Shown here one piece after another: positions 1-9,448 of a stretch of DNA of 64,000 nt. Each line of letters begins with the position of its first letter. The first letter of the stretch is position 1. Made by a program: the position numbers and the translations under genes. Origin of the DNA: a bacterium. Its GTDB lineage: Bacteria > JAAXHH01. The stretch spans positions 2,809,640-2,873,639 of the forward strand of contig CBDETH010000008.1 in the NCBI GenBank assembly GCA_965242885.1. The letters run 5' to 3'. Under the pieces are notes generated by a model. The model was not told where the DNA came from. It searched no databases and worked only from the letters and a program-made list of their open reading frames with translations.

Positions 1-1314
1 CTGGACTTGATCGCCCAGCAACGCGCCTTGATCGAAAACAACCGGGATCTGTCCGTCGAACTGGTGGCCGAGGTGGAAAGCCTCGTGAATTCGGCGCAGG
101 AGAGTACCGAACTCGCCACTGTTGCTTCGACGCAGACGATCCAGGTGGGCAGGCAGCTTCTCCTCGCATTGAACGCGGTCAGTCTGGTCGGTGCCCTGCT
201 GATCGCGTGGTTGTTCGTCGGCAAGGTGCTGCTGCGCCGATTGGGGTTTCTTTCGGAACACATGCGGCGCATGGCGGGAGGGGATCTGAAGCAGAAAGTC
301 GAACTGGACGGCCGCGACGAAGTGGCGGACATGGCTGCCGCGCTGGAGGTCTTCAGGCTTCACTCGATCGAAGCGCAGAGACTGAACCTCGTGGAGAAAC
401 TGGCCGAGGAACTGCGCGGAAAGAACGACGAACTGGAGAGCACCCTGGCGGAACTGCAGAAGGCGCAGGACCAGATCGTCATGCGGGAGAAACTGGCGGC
501 CCTGGGCGAACTCACCGCGGGCGTGGCACACGAGATCCAGAACCCGTTGAACTTCGTCAAGAACTTCGCGGAGTCCTCGGAGGAGCTCCTCGAGGAAATG
601 AAGGAGGAATTGCCCTCGGCCGGCGGTACGATCGACGAGGAGCAGGACGGACTGATCCAGGAGATCGGCGGTGACCTTACGGAAAACCTGCGCCGCATCC
701 GGGAGCATGGAGAAAGGGCTAACCGCATCGTGCGCGATATGCTCCAGATGGGCCGCGGTTCGGGAGACAAACAGTCGACGGACATCAACGCCCTGCTGGA
801 AGAACACGCCCGGCTCGCCTACCACGCCGCCCGGGCTTCAAACGCGGACTTCCAACTCGAAATCAACGAAGATTTCGAATCCGGTCTGGACGAGATCGAG
901 ATCGTTTCCCAGGAAATGGCCCGGGTATTCCTGAACATGGTAAACAACGCCTGTCACGCCACCAACGAAAAGCGGGAAGATCCGGATACGGAATCCGGCT
1001 ACGTACCCGGCATCTGGTTGTCCACCCGCCGCGAGGAAGATCAGATCGTCGTCCGGATCAAGGACAACGGCAAGGGGATACCGCCCCACGTGATCGACAA
1101 GATCTTCAACCCCTTCTTCACCACCAAGCCGACCGATGAAGGCACCGGCCTCGGCCTGGCCCTGTCGAACGATATCGTCCGCGAACACGGTGGTTCGATC
1201 GAGGTGGATTCGGAACCGGGCCAGTACACCGAAATGGCCATCAGGTTACCGCTGTCCGCGACCGAGGCCGCACCGGAACCCCCCGCAGCCTCTCCTACCG
1301 ACCAAACGGCCTGA
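1..1314 (+). CDS. Sensor histidine kinase, C-terminal part (HAMP, HisKA, HATPase_c); 5' end lies outside the window
   Basis: The ORF is open to window position 1. A TM/HAMP-like segment is followed by a coiled coil, an H-box (ELTAGVAHEIQNPLNFV), an N-box (NMVNNACHAT) and a G2 box (GTGLGLALS). Confidence 0.85.
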   Translation: MDLIAQQRALIENNRDLSVELVAEVESLVNSAQESTELATVASTQTIQVGRQLLLALNAVSLVGALLIAWLFVGKVLLRRLGFLSEHMRRMAGGDLKQKVELDGRDEVADMAAALEVFRLHSIEAQRLNLVEKLAEELRGKNDELESTLAELQKAQDQIVMREKLAALGELTAGVAHEIQNPLNFVKNFAESSEELLEEMKEELPSAGGTIDEEQDGLIQEIGGDLTENLRRIREHGERANRIVRDMLQMGRGSGDKQSTDINALLEEHARLAYHAARASNADFQLEINEDFESGLDEIEIVSQEMARVFLNMVNNACHATNEKREDPDTESGYVPGIWLSTRREEDQIVVRIKDNGKGIPPHVIDKIFNPFFTTKPTDEGTGLGLALSNDIVREHGGSIEVDSEPGQYTEMAIRLPLSATEAAPEPPAASPTDQTA

Positions 1315-1337
1315 GCCGGTTCGATGATCCGATAAAA

Positions 1338-3566
1338 CTACCTGATTCCGGGACGCCAGGAACGTAGCGTCAGCGCGTTCAGGACGACGCTTATGCTTGA
1401 GCCTGCCATCATGGCCGCGGCGAATGCGGGGACGAGGAATCCCAGCGCCGCGAGGGGCAGTCCGATCACGTTGTAGATAAACGCCCAGAACAGATTCTGC
1501 TTGATTTTCCGGATCGTCTTCCGGCTCACGTCGATGGCCCCGGCCACCAGGGTTGGATCGGGTTTCATCAGTGTGATCGCGGCCGTTTCCATGGCCACAT
1601 CCGTACCGGAACCCATGGCGATCCCCACGGCGGCACGAGCGAGGGCAGGCGCGTCGTTGATCCCGTCGCCGACCATGCAGACCTTCGCGCCGCCCTCTGT
1701 GAGCCGGCTTACGATTCGTTCTTTTTCTTCCGGCGTAGCGGCGCCGTAGGTTTCCTCAATACCGGCCTGCCGCCCTATACGCTCCACGACGGCCTCTACG
1801 TCACCAGAAACCAGCAGGGGTTTGACTCCCAGCTTCCTGAGTCCATCCACCGCCCTGACCGCTTCGGGCCGCAATGCGTCGATGAGTTCGAAGCGTGCGA
1901 GGAATGCGCATCCGGCATCGGACCGGGCGGCCAGCCAGACCCGTGTAGAACCCCCGCCATCCCTTGCATCGGGCGGCTCGATGCAAGGGCAGTACTCATC
2001 GAAAAGCCTCCGGTTACCGAGCAGGTAACTTGCGCCTTCGATTTCTCCCTCGATCCCTTTCGCCACCACGCTCCTGAATCCCCCTACGCCGGCAAGGGCG
2101 ATGTCCCGTTCCGCGGCCATGCGCAGAAACGCGGTGGCCAGGGGATGCTCGCTGCCCTGCTGCAGCGACGCGGCGATGCGAAGCAGATCGCCTTCGTCCT
2201 GCTCGGCCAGGGGCGTTACGGAAGCGATGACGGGACGGCCTTCGGTCAGGGTGCCCGTCTTGTCTAAAACGACGTGCGTCAGGCCGTTCGCCTGTTCCAG
2301 GGTTTCGATGTCCCTGACCAGGATGCCCGCCCGTGCCGCCACGCCCGCACCGGCCACGATGGCCGTCGGCGTCGCCAGGCCCAGCGCGCAGGGACAGGCG
2401 ATGACGAGGACGGAGACGGCATTGATCAACGCGGATTCCAGGCCGGCCCCAGAAAGAGCCCACGCGGCGAAGGTTATCACCGCCAGGCCGACGACTGCCG
2501 GAACGAAAACGGCGCTGACGCGATCCACCATGCGCTGGATGGCCGGCTTGGCGGCCTGTGCGCTTTCGACCAGGCGAATCACCCGGCCAAGCGTCGAATC
2601 ACTTCCTACGGCCCGGGCCTCGATTTCCAGGTAGCCGTTGACGTTCATCGATCCGGCGATCACCGTGTCGGCCGGGTGTTTGGGCGCAGGGACGCTCTCA
2701 CCGGTGATGAGCGCTTCGTCGACCTCGGCTTCGCCCCGGAGCACGACGCCGTCTGCGGCCACCCGGTCGCCTGGACGGCAGATGACGACGTCGCCGGGCT
2801 TCAAGGCATGCACCGGCGTTTCCCGTTCCGTACCGTCCGCCGTCCGTACCCGCGCGGTTACCGGCCGGATCGCCAGCAGTTCCCGAATCGCCCGGCTCGC
2901 GCTGCGGCGCGCCCGGGTCTCGATGTGCTTGCCTATGAGTACCAGGGTAATGATGATCGCGGAGGCTTCGAAGTAGAGCAGGCCCTCCGCGTCGGCACCC
3001 AGGCGGAAGGCGAGGTAGCCGCTGTACGCGTAGGCCGAAGTGGTTCCCAATGCCACCAGGACGTCCATGTTCGCACCGCCGCCGCGCAGCGCGTGGAAAG
3101 CGCTCCGGTAGTAACGGGCGCCGATCCAGAACTGCAGTACGGTCGCGAGCATCGCTTCCACGTATACCGGCATGTGCCCGTCGAAACCGGTCCAGCCCCG
3201 CAGCAGTCCGGCCAGCATCTGCAGCAGAAAGGGAAGCGTCAGGCAGATCGCGACGACCATAGCGACACGGTCCCGGCGTGACTGACCGGGCTCCGTTTCG
3301 GGCTCGTGCCGATCGTCCCGAACGGCGCTCAGCCGGTACCCCGCGGCGGCTACGGGTCCGGACAGCGCGCTTTCTTCCATGCCGGGCACAACCGTCAGCG
3401 TCGCTCGTTCCAGGGCGAGGTTCACGTGGGCGGCAGCGACACCGGGGACCTGGGAGAGGACCTTCTCTACCCGCGCCGAGCACGCGCTGCAGGTCATGCC
3501 TTCGACGAGGAATACACGGGTTTCGGTATCCACGCTGTATGTTGTTCCCTGGGTGGAGGTCGACAT
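1338..3566 (-). CDS. copA: Copper-translocating P1B-type ATPase
   Basis: N-terminal HMA motif GMTCSACSARVEKVL; TM6 CPC motif (CPCALGLATP); DKTGTLT phosphorylation site; GDGINDAPAL hinge. Length is 742 aa. Confidence 0.9.
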   Translation of the reverse strand: MSTSTQGTTYSVDTETRVFLVEGMTCSACSARVEKVLSQVPGVAAAHVNLALERATLTVVPGMEESALSGPVAAAGYRLSAVRDDRHEPETEPGQSRRDRVAMVVAICLTLPFLLQMLAGLLRGWTGFDGHMPVYVEAMLATVLQFWIGARYYRSAFHALRGGGANMDVLVALGTTSAYAYSGYLAFRLGADAEGLLYFEASAIIITLVLIGKHIETRARRSASRAIRELLAIRPVTARVRTADGTERETPVHALKPGDVVICRPGDRVAADGVVLRGEAEVDEALITGESVPAPKHPADTVIAGSMNVNGYLEIEARAVGSDSTLGRVIRLVESAQAAKPAIQRMVDRVSAVFVPAVVGLAVITFAAWALSGAGLESALINAVSVLVIACPCALGLATPTAIVAGAGVAARAGILVRDIETLEQANGLTHVVLDKTGTLTEGRPVIASVTPLAEQDEGDLLRIAASLQQGSEHPLATAFLRMAAERDIALAGVGGFRSVVAKGIEGEIEGASYLLGNRRLFDEYCPCIEPPDARDGGGSTRVWLAARSDAGCAFLARFELIDALRPEAVRAVDGLRKLGVKPLLVSGDVEAVVERIGRQAGIEETYGAATPEEKERIVSRLTEGGAKVCMVGDGINDAPALARAAVGIAMGSGTDVAMETAAITLMKPDPTLVAGAIDVSRKTIRKIKQNLFWAFIYNVIGLPLAALGFLVPAFAAAMMAGSSISVVLNALTLRSWRPGIR

Positions 3567-3593
3567 GGGCGCTACTCGCGGTGCGGGGGATTG

Positions 3594-4445
3594 TTAATGG
3601 TTATGGTTATGGGTATCCAGCGTCTCCAGCCCGTGCAGGGTCTCGGATTCGAAGTGAAAAAGGGCGTACGCGAGCCCGACCCCGATGAGAAAAACCAGGG
3701 CGAGGATTCCGCGGTCGTGGCTGTGAAACTGGATTTCGGGGAGCAGGTCACTCAAAGCGATGCACAGGAAAACACCGGCGGCGAAGGCCATGACATACCC
3801 CACGACGTGCAGTTCGTTGAATTGACTCAACAGGCCGACGCCGAAGAAGGTAAATACGGTGATGAGCGGACAAAGAAGGGCGAAACCGATGTTGGTCAGC
3901 GTGCAGGTCCGGTTCCCGTAACCGGATACCCGCATCAATCCTATGATGGAGTACGCGTCCAGTGGTTTATGCAGCATGATCGCCAGAAACACGCCCAGTC
4001 CCACGAGGACCGCTCCCTCGTCGTGAATCAGTCCCATTCGCATGCTAGCACCGAGGGCGATCCCCTCGGTGACGGTATGCAGGCCGAGGCCCGTGGCGAC
4101 GCCGACCACGCTTCGGGTATTGACCACTGTCGCAGCCTGATGGCCGTCCTGGTCGAATTCGTGCTGATGGAACCGAAAGAACCGCAGCAGTACAATCATC
4201 ATGATGACGCCTAGTACTACGCAACCCACGGCGATTTCACCGGCATGCGGGCCGGGGATGTCTTCGAGGCTGTGCAACAGCAGATGGAACATGGCGACGC
4301 CCAGTAGAAAACCCGCCACGAAACTCATGACCAGATGCGTTCGGGTGTGGGTCAGGGTGACGATAGCCGATAGCTTCCCACCGAGCAGGGACACGGCAAA
4401 GATCACCGTCGAATACGCGAGAAGGAGCAAAACGATATCGTTCAT
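3594..4445 (-). CDS. ZIP-family divalent metal transporter (ZupT-like)
   Basis: Eight hydrophobic TM segments, a His-rich C-terminus (HNHNH) and the H..EG.ALG motif (HTVTEGIALG) typical of ZIP proteins. I chose the internal ATG at 4443-4445, which overlaps the upstream gene's stop; the ORF track extends to 4556. Confidence 0.6.
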   Translation of the reverse strand: MNDIVLLLLAYSTVIFAVSLLGGKLSAIVTLTHTRTHLVMSFVAGFLLGVAMFHLLLHSLEDIPGPHAGEIAVGCVVLGVIMMIVLLRFFRFHQHEFDQDGHQAATVVNTRSVVGVATGLGLHTVTEGIALGASMRMGLIHDEGAVLVGLGVFLAIMLHKPLDAYSIIGLMRVSGYGNRTCTLTNIGFALLCPLITVFTFFGVGLLSQFNELHVVGYVMAFAAGVFLCIALSDLLPEIQFHSHDRGILALVFLIGVGLAYALFHFESETLHGLETLDTHNHNH

Positions 4446-5764
4446 CTTGATGGACGCATCCTGACATTGGATATCATTTCCTGGTATCCTTTTCGCATGG
4501 CACCAGCGCGGCACCGCCAGATGATCAGCGCGATCAATGCAGTCGCGCCGCCCCACTGTATGAACTGGATCGCGTGGGAATCGGAAGGAAGCAGGTTGAC
4601 GGAAATCGTGAAACCCGTCGCCAGCAGCATGAAATCGATGGTGATGCCGATGACGGCGGTAACCGCGATGACGGAGGTCACGTATACGGCCGCGAAACGC
4701 TTGCCGAAACGACTCATGATGATGGCGATGGTACTCGTGTTGGTAGCCGGTCCGGTCATCAGGAAAATAAGCGCGGCGCCGGGACTCACGCCGCGGGCCA
4801 CCAGCGCGGCCGCTATCGGTGTGCTGGCCGAAGCGCAGATATAGAGGGGCACGCCGACGATAATCATGACGGGGTAGGACAGCCAGCGCGCGTAGTCGTT
4901 CGACATCAGATCGGCCGGAATGATGAGAAAGAGCACGCCGCCCAGCGCGATGCCGACGAGCAGGGCGAAGAGAATATCGTCGGCGATCTCTACAAAGCCG
5001 TAGTGCATGATGTGGCGGACGATCTTCTTGAAATCGAGACCGGGGTATAGGACTGCAACGCGGTTCCCCTCGACAGTCTTGCCTGGTTTTTTCTTCTGTT
5101 CACCGGTGATTTCGCGAAAAAAAACCGTTTTGATCCACGATCCGAACCTCCAGGTGGAAGCCACGGTGGTTAACCCCTTAAACCACCGCGTCATCAGGAT
5201 CTTCATGGCGGAGGGACTGACGTAGCAGTCGTTCTTGTCCGATATCAACGGAGCATGGACCGCGTGGCAATGATCATGATCGTGGTCAGGGGGGTCGTGG
5301 CTTTCCTCGCCCGGCTTGACTGCCCCGCGGTCGTCCCTGATCAGGCCAATGCAGAAAAGGCCCGCTACGACGGCCGTGACGAAGCTGATGACGGGGCGTA
5401 CCACGGCGGCGACGAACCCGAAAAACGCGTTGGTGACGAGAATGGAGTCCGCACCGGTTTCCGGTGCGGTGATCAGGAAGGCCATGCAGGACGAACGGGA
5501 GGCCCCCTTCCGACGCATTTCAGCCACGACGGGGACGACGGAACAACTGCAGAGCGGGACCGGCACGCCGACCGCGGAGCTTACGGAGACCGACCGGAGA
5601 CTGTCGTCCCGAAGCCATTTGAGGATCGCTTCCCGGGAGATGAACACGTGGATAAGGCCGGCGAGCAGCAGACCCAGGATCAACATCGGCCCCAGCAACA
5701 GGAAGGACATCCAGATGAAGTCAAAATACGCGGTAAGTGTATTCGCCAGCGTAGCGCCCATCAA
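4442..5764 (-). CDS. SO_0444 / DUF318-family permease (putative Cu/Zn efflux), His-rich loop
   Basis: Two-repeat permease architecture with CSCS motifs (PLCSCSVVPVV) and a cytoplasmic HDPPDHDHDHCHAVH stretch. Resembles the COG0701 'predicted permease' / ArsP-like family. Confidence 0.65.
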   Translation of the reverse strand: MMGATLANTLTAYFDFIWMSFLLLGPMLILGLLLAGLIHVFISREAILKWLRDDSLRSVSVSSAVGVPVPLCSCSVVPVVAEMRRKGASRSSCMAFLITAPETGADSILVTNAFFGFVAAVVRPVISFVTAVVAGLFCIGLIRDDRGAVKPGEESHDPPDHDHDHCHAVHAPLISDKNDCYVSPSAMKILMTRWFKGLTTVASTWRFGSWIKTVFFREITGEQKKKPGKTVEGNRVAVLYPGLDFKKIVRHIMHYGFVEIADDILFALLVGIALGGVLFLIIPADLMSNDYARWLSYPVMIIVGVPLYICASASTPIAAALVARGVSPGAALIFLMTGPATNTSTIAIIMSRFGKRFAAVYVTSVIAVTAVIGITIDFMLLATGFTISVNLLPSDSHAIQFIQWGGATALIALIIWRCRAGAMRKGYQEMISNVRMRPSR

Positions 5765-6034
5765 TCCATCTCCCGCCGCTTTGACTATCGCGGAAACCTC
5801 TGTTTATGTCTCAGGTTGTGTATGAAGGACGATCAGGCTGATGCAACTGGTATCAGCAAGACAGGATTCGCGCGCGGACGGTACATATGACGAGTGACTA
5901 TACCTAAGCGTGATTATACCTGCAGAACCTGAAAACGCAATAGAAATGTTGGCATCGGATGGCGGGTTCGCATACGATACGGACGGACCTGGAAGTCATG
6001 CCGTCCGGGTCCTGATCGCGCGAGGAGACTTCCC

Positions 6035-7546
6035 TTGATCTACCGCTTTGCCCGATATAACATGTTAGCCGGTGGAAAGCATGAGCTGGTCCGACGATCG
6101 GGGACCCTCGTAATGGATTTCGACGCATACGACCTGGACAGCGCTTTCTACGACGAGATGTTCCTGCCTGACGGTACGCCGCGTGCTCATTGCCGCAGTC
6201 TGCACGAATCTCTGCTCCGGCTTCCCGTCGAAGAACTCGTTCGCATGCAGGAGCGGGTCACGCATTCCTTTTCCAGCGAAGGCATCACGTTTACGGTATA
6301 CGGCGGAGATGAAGCCGGCGAGCGCATCATGCCCGTCGACTGCCTGCCCCGGATCCTGCCCGCCGCAGATTGGCGGCAGCTCGAAGCCGGACTTACCCAG
6401 CGGCTGCAGGCGTTGAACCGGTTTCTTGCCGATGTATACGGTCCTGCCCGCATTGTCGAAGACGGGGTCGTCCCGGTCGACCTGGTGCGTGGCTGTCCCC
6501 AATATCGCGTCGAAATGCGGGGAGTGCCCGTGCCGCACGGAACCTATGTCGCGGTCTGCGGCACCGACCTGGTTCGCACGAACGAAGGGTATCACGTGCT
6601 CGAGGACAACCTGCGCGTGCCTTCCGGCGTATCCTACATGGTCGCCAACCGGAAGGCAGTCAAGGCCAACCTGCGCCGGCTCTACCGCAGCTGCCGGGTG
6701 CGGGAGGTCGAGCACTACGGGCGCATGCTTCGCGAAACACTAAGGGAACTCGCGCCGCGCGCGGAAAACGATCCTTGCGTAGTGCTGCTGACGCCCGGCG
6801 TATACAACGCGGCGTTTTACGAACACATCTACCTGGCGCACGAGATCGGGGCGACCCTGGTCGAGGGCCGGGACCTGCTGGTCGACGGCGGCTATGTGTA
6901 CATGCGCACCACTTCGGGGCTGCAAAGGGTGGACGTCATCTACCGCCGGGTGGACGACGATTTCCTGGACCCGCTCGTATTCCGGACGGACTCCCTGCTT
7001 GGCCTCCCGGGCCTCATGGGCGTCTACCGGGCCGGTAACGTCACCCTGGTGAACGCGCCGGGCACGGGCGTCGCGGACGACAAGAGCGTATACGCCTACG
7101 TCCCCGACATGATACGGTACTACCTGGCCGAAGATCCGCTGCTGCGGAACGTGAAGACTTACATCTGCCGACGGCCGGAGGATCTCGAGTTCACCCTGGA
7201 CAACCTCCGGGGCCTCGTCGTGAAACGGGTGGGCGGTTCGGGGGGATACGGCATGCTGGTCGGGCCAGAATCGACGCCTGAAGAACGGGAAGCCTGCGCT
7301 CGCGCATTGCGGGAAGACCCCGCGGACTTCATTTCGCAGCCCGTGCTGGACCTTTCGCGCGCGCCCTGCCTGATCGGGGGCCGTGCCGCGGCGCGGCACG
7401 TGGACCTGCGGCCCTTCGTGCTCCATGGCCGCGAGACCCGTATCGTGCCGGGTGCGTTCTGCCGCGTCGCACTGCGGGAGGGCAGCCTGGTCGTAAACTC
7501 CAGCCAGGGGGGCGGAGGCAAGGACGTCTGGGTACTGGGGGACTGA
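6035..7546 (+). CDS. Circularly permuted type-2 ATP-grasp protein (COG2308 family)
   Basis: Length and conserved blocks are characteristic of the family; it sits immediately upstream of alpha-E and transglutaminase genes. The tabulated start is TTG; an in-frame ATG at 6062 is an alternative. Confidence 0.75.
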   Translation: MIYRFARYNMLAGGKHELVRRSGTLVMDFDAYDLDSAFYDEMFLPDGTPRAHCRSLHESLLRLPVEELVRMQERVTHSFSSEGITFTVYGGDEAGERIMPVDCLPRILPAADWRQLEAGLTQRLQALNRFLADVYGPARIVEDGVVPVDLVRGCPQYRVEMRGVPVPHGTYVAVCGTDLVRTNEGYHVLEDNLRVPSGVSYMVANRKAVKANLRRLYRSCRVREVEHYGRMLRETLRELAPRAENDPCVVLLTPGVYNAAFYEHIYLAHEIGATLVEGRDLLVDGGYVYMRTTSGLQRVDVIYRRVDDDFLDPLVFRTDSLLGLPGLMGVYRAGNVTLVNAPGTGVADDKSVYAYVPDMIRYYLAEDPLLRNVKTYICRRPEDLEFTLDNLRGLVVKRVGGSGGYGMLVGPESTPEEREACARALREDPADFISQPVLDLSRAPCLIGGRAAARHVDLRPFVLHGRETRIVPGAFCRVALREGSLVVNSSQGGGGKDVWVLGD

Positions 7547-8515
7547 ATGCTGTCCAGAAGCGCACAGGGCCTGTACTGGATGGGCCGGTATCTCGAGCGC
7601 GCCGCCCACCTCAGCCGCTTGATGCAGCTGCAGGTGGAGACGCTGGTGGACCGTCCGCTTCGCGAGATCCATTTCGGGTGGAACCGCGTGTACAGCAGCA
7701 TGAACCAGCTTCCCCCCGCCGGTACGCTGGAAGCCTTCGGCAGCGACGACTACGCGCTGGCGGACTCCTATACCCTGGCCGATCATCTTACTTTCGAACC
7801 CACGAATCCGGATTCCATATGGAACTGCTTCGCCTATGCCCGGGAGAACGCGCGGCAGGCCCGCAACTACATCAGCGCCGAGATGTGGCTTTCGCTGAAT
7901 CTGACCTTCCTGCGCCTGCAGGGATTGACCATCCAGGAGATATGGAAGACGGCCCCGGAGTCTTTTTACGCGGGGACGGCAAAGGATATCGCCACCTTCA
8001 CCGGCGTGGCCGAAGCGACCATGTACCGGGATGAAGGCTGGCATTTCATCCAGTTGGGCAGGTACATCGAACGGGTGCAGCTTTCCGCGTCGATCCTGTT
8101 GTCGCAGACTGCGGCACAGGACAGGCAGGACGAATCGTTCGACGCGGACTGGGCGAACCTGCTGCACGTGTTCCGCGCCTTCGACGCCTACGTGCATGCC
8201 TACAGCGTAGTGGTTCAGCCCGGACAGGTGCTCGACCTGATCGTAACGGACGAACTGCTTCCAGGTTCGATGCGCCGGTCCCTTGACGCGATCGCCTCCG
8301 TGCTGGACGCCATTGGACCGGGTCAGTCGCCCGACGCGAGCAGGGAAGCGGTATCGATCAGCGCCTCCCTTTGCGCGGTCGTCCGGGACGGCAGGAACGA
8401 CGTTTCGGCCTGGAGCGCCACGCTGGAACAGGTGAACGGCGCCAGCCGGAAGCTTCACCGGCAGATTATGGACGCCTATATCGACTATCCACTGGAATCC
8501 CTGCCTGTTCGCTGA
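7547..8515 (+). CDS. Alpha-E domain protein (COG2307)
   Basis: N-terminus LSRSAQGLYWMGRYLERAAHLSRL is the signature of alpha-E domain proteins. Its start abuts the stop of the ATP-grasp gene (7546/7547). Confidence 0.8.
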   Translation: MLSRSAQGLYWMGRYLERAAHLSRLMQLQVETLVDRPLREIHFGWNRVYSSMNQLPPAGTLEAFGSDDYALADSYTLADHLTFEPTNPDSIWNCFAYARENARQARNYISAEMWLSLNLTFLRLQGLTIQEIWKTAPESFYAGTAKDIATFTGVAEATMYRDEGWHFIQLGRYIERVQLSASILLSQTAAQDRQDESFDADWANLLHVFRAFDAYVHAYSVVVQPGQVLDLIVTDELLPGSMRRSLDAIASVLDAIGPGQSPDASREAVSISASLCAVVRDGRNDVSAWSATLEQVNGASRKLHRQIMDAYIDYPLESLPVR

Positions 8516-8519
8516 CGCC

Positions 8520-9446
8520 ATGGCCAGAAACGTGCGATACCGGATCGAGCATGTCACGAAGTACCATTATGGCTTACCCGTGCGAAACTGCGCCATGTCC
8601 CTGGCACTCAGACCGCTCGAGGACCGCAGGCAGCGCGTCTCCGCGTTTCGGGTCGGGACGGAACCGGAAGGCTCGATCTTTCCGGTCACGGACGCGTTCG
8701 GCAATGCGCGTCACCAGCTTCACCTGAACCGCGAACACCAGTCGCTGTCCATCACCGCACTTTCAACGGTTGACGTCAGGGCAAGTGATGCGCCACCCGA
8801 AAGGTGCGAAGAAAGCGCCTGGGAGACCATCCGGAGCTGGCGCGATTCGTTCCACCAGTGGGACTATATGGATCACAGCGGCCTGGCCCTGCCTTCGCCC
8901 GCCCTGGAGAGTTTCGTGCAACGGATCGGCATAACACCCGCGGGCGACCCTCTGGCAGCGCTGAAACGGCTGTCCGGTGCACTCTTCGAACGCTTTGAGT
9001 ACGTGCCCGGGAGCACCACGATCTCTTCCACGATCGAACACATCCTGGATACCGGCCGCGGCGTATGCCAGGATTACGCCCACGTCATGATCGCCGTCGC
9101 GCGGACCTGGGGCATTCCCGCCCGGTACGTATCCGGCTATCTCCATGACGAATCCACGGCGGGCGGGGCAGGCGGCGGAGGCGGGCGGGGCGGGGGAACG
9201 ACCTCGCACGCATGGGTGGAGTGCCGGCTGCCCGGACCCGGCTGGACGGGTTTCGATCCCACGAACGCGACGCTGGCTGACGAACGCCACGTACGGGTGG
9301 CGGTGGGGCGGGATTACCAGGACGTGTCCCCAACGCGAGGCGTGCTGTTCGGAGGGGGCGAAATCCAGCTTGAAGTGGAAGTAAGTATGGAAACGATACT
9401 GGAAACTCCTGCCGATTCATCCTATTCGATGCACGAGGAGCCGTAA
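8520..9446 (+). CDS. Transglutaminase-like cysteine peptidase family protein
   Basis: Conserved catalytic Cys block GVCQDYAHVMIAVARTWGIPARYVSGYL; N-terminal Bact_transglu_N-like region; Gly-rich low-complexity insert (GGAGGGGGRGGG). Confidence 0.8.
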   Translation: MARNVRYRIEHVTKYHYGLPVRNCAMSLALRPLEDRRQRVSAFRVGTEPEGSIFPVTDAFGNARHQLHLNREHQSLSITALSTVDVRASDAPPERCEESAWETIRSWRDSFHQWDYMDHSGLALPSPALESFVQRIGITPAGDPLAALKRLSGALFERFEYVPGSTTISSTIEHILDTGRGVCQDYAHVMIAVARTWGIPARYVSGYLHDESTAGGAGGGGGRGGGTTSHAWVECRLPGPGWTGFDPTNATLADERHVRVAVGRDYQDVSPTRGVLFGGGEIQLEVEVSMETILETPADSSYSMHEEP

Positions 9447-9448
9447 AG

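Noticed and set aside
207-674. 155-aa ORF inside the histidine kinase gene
   Set aside because: Alternate frame of a well-supported kinase gene; Arg/Gly-rich artefact.
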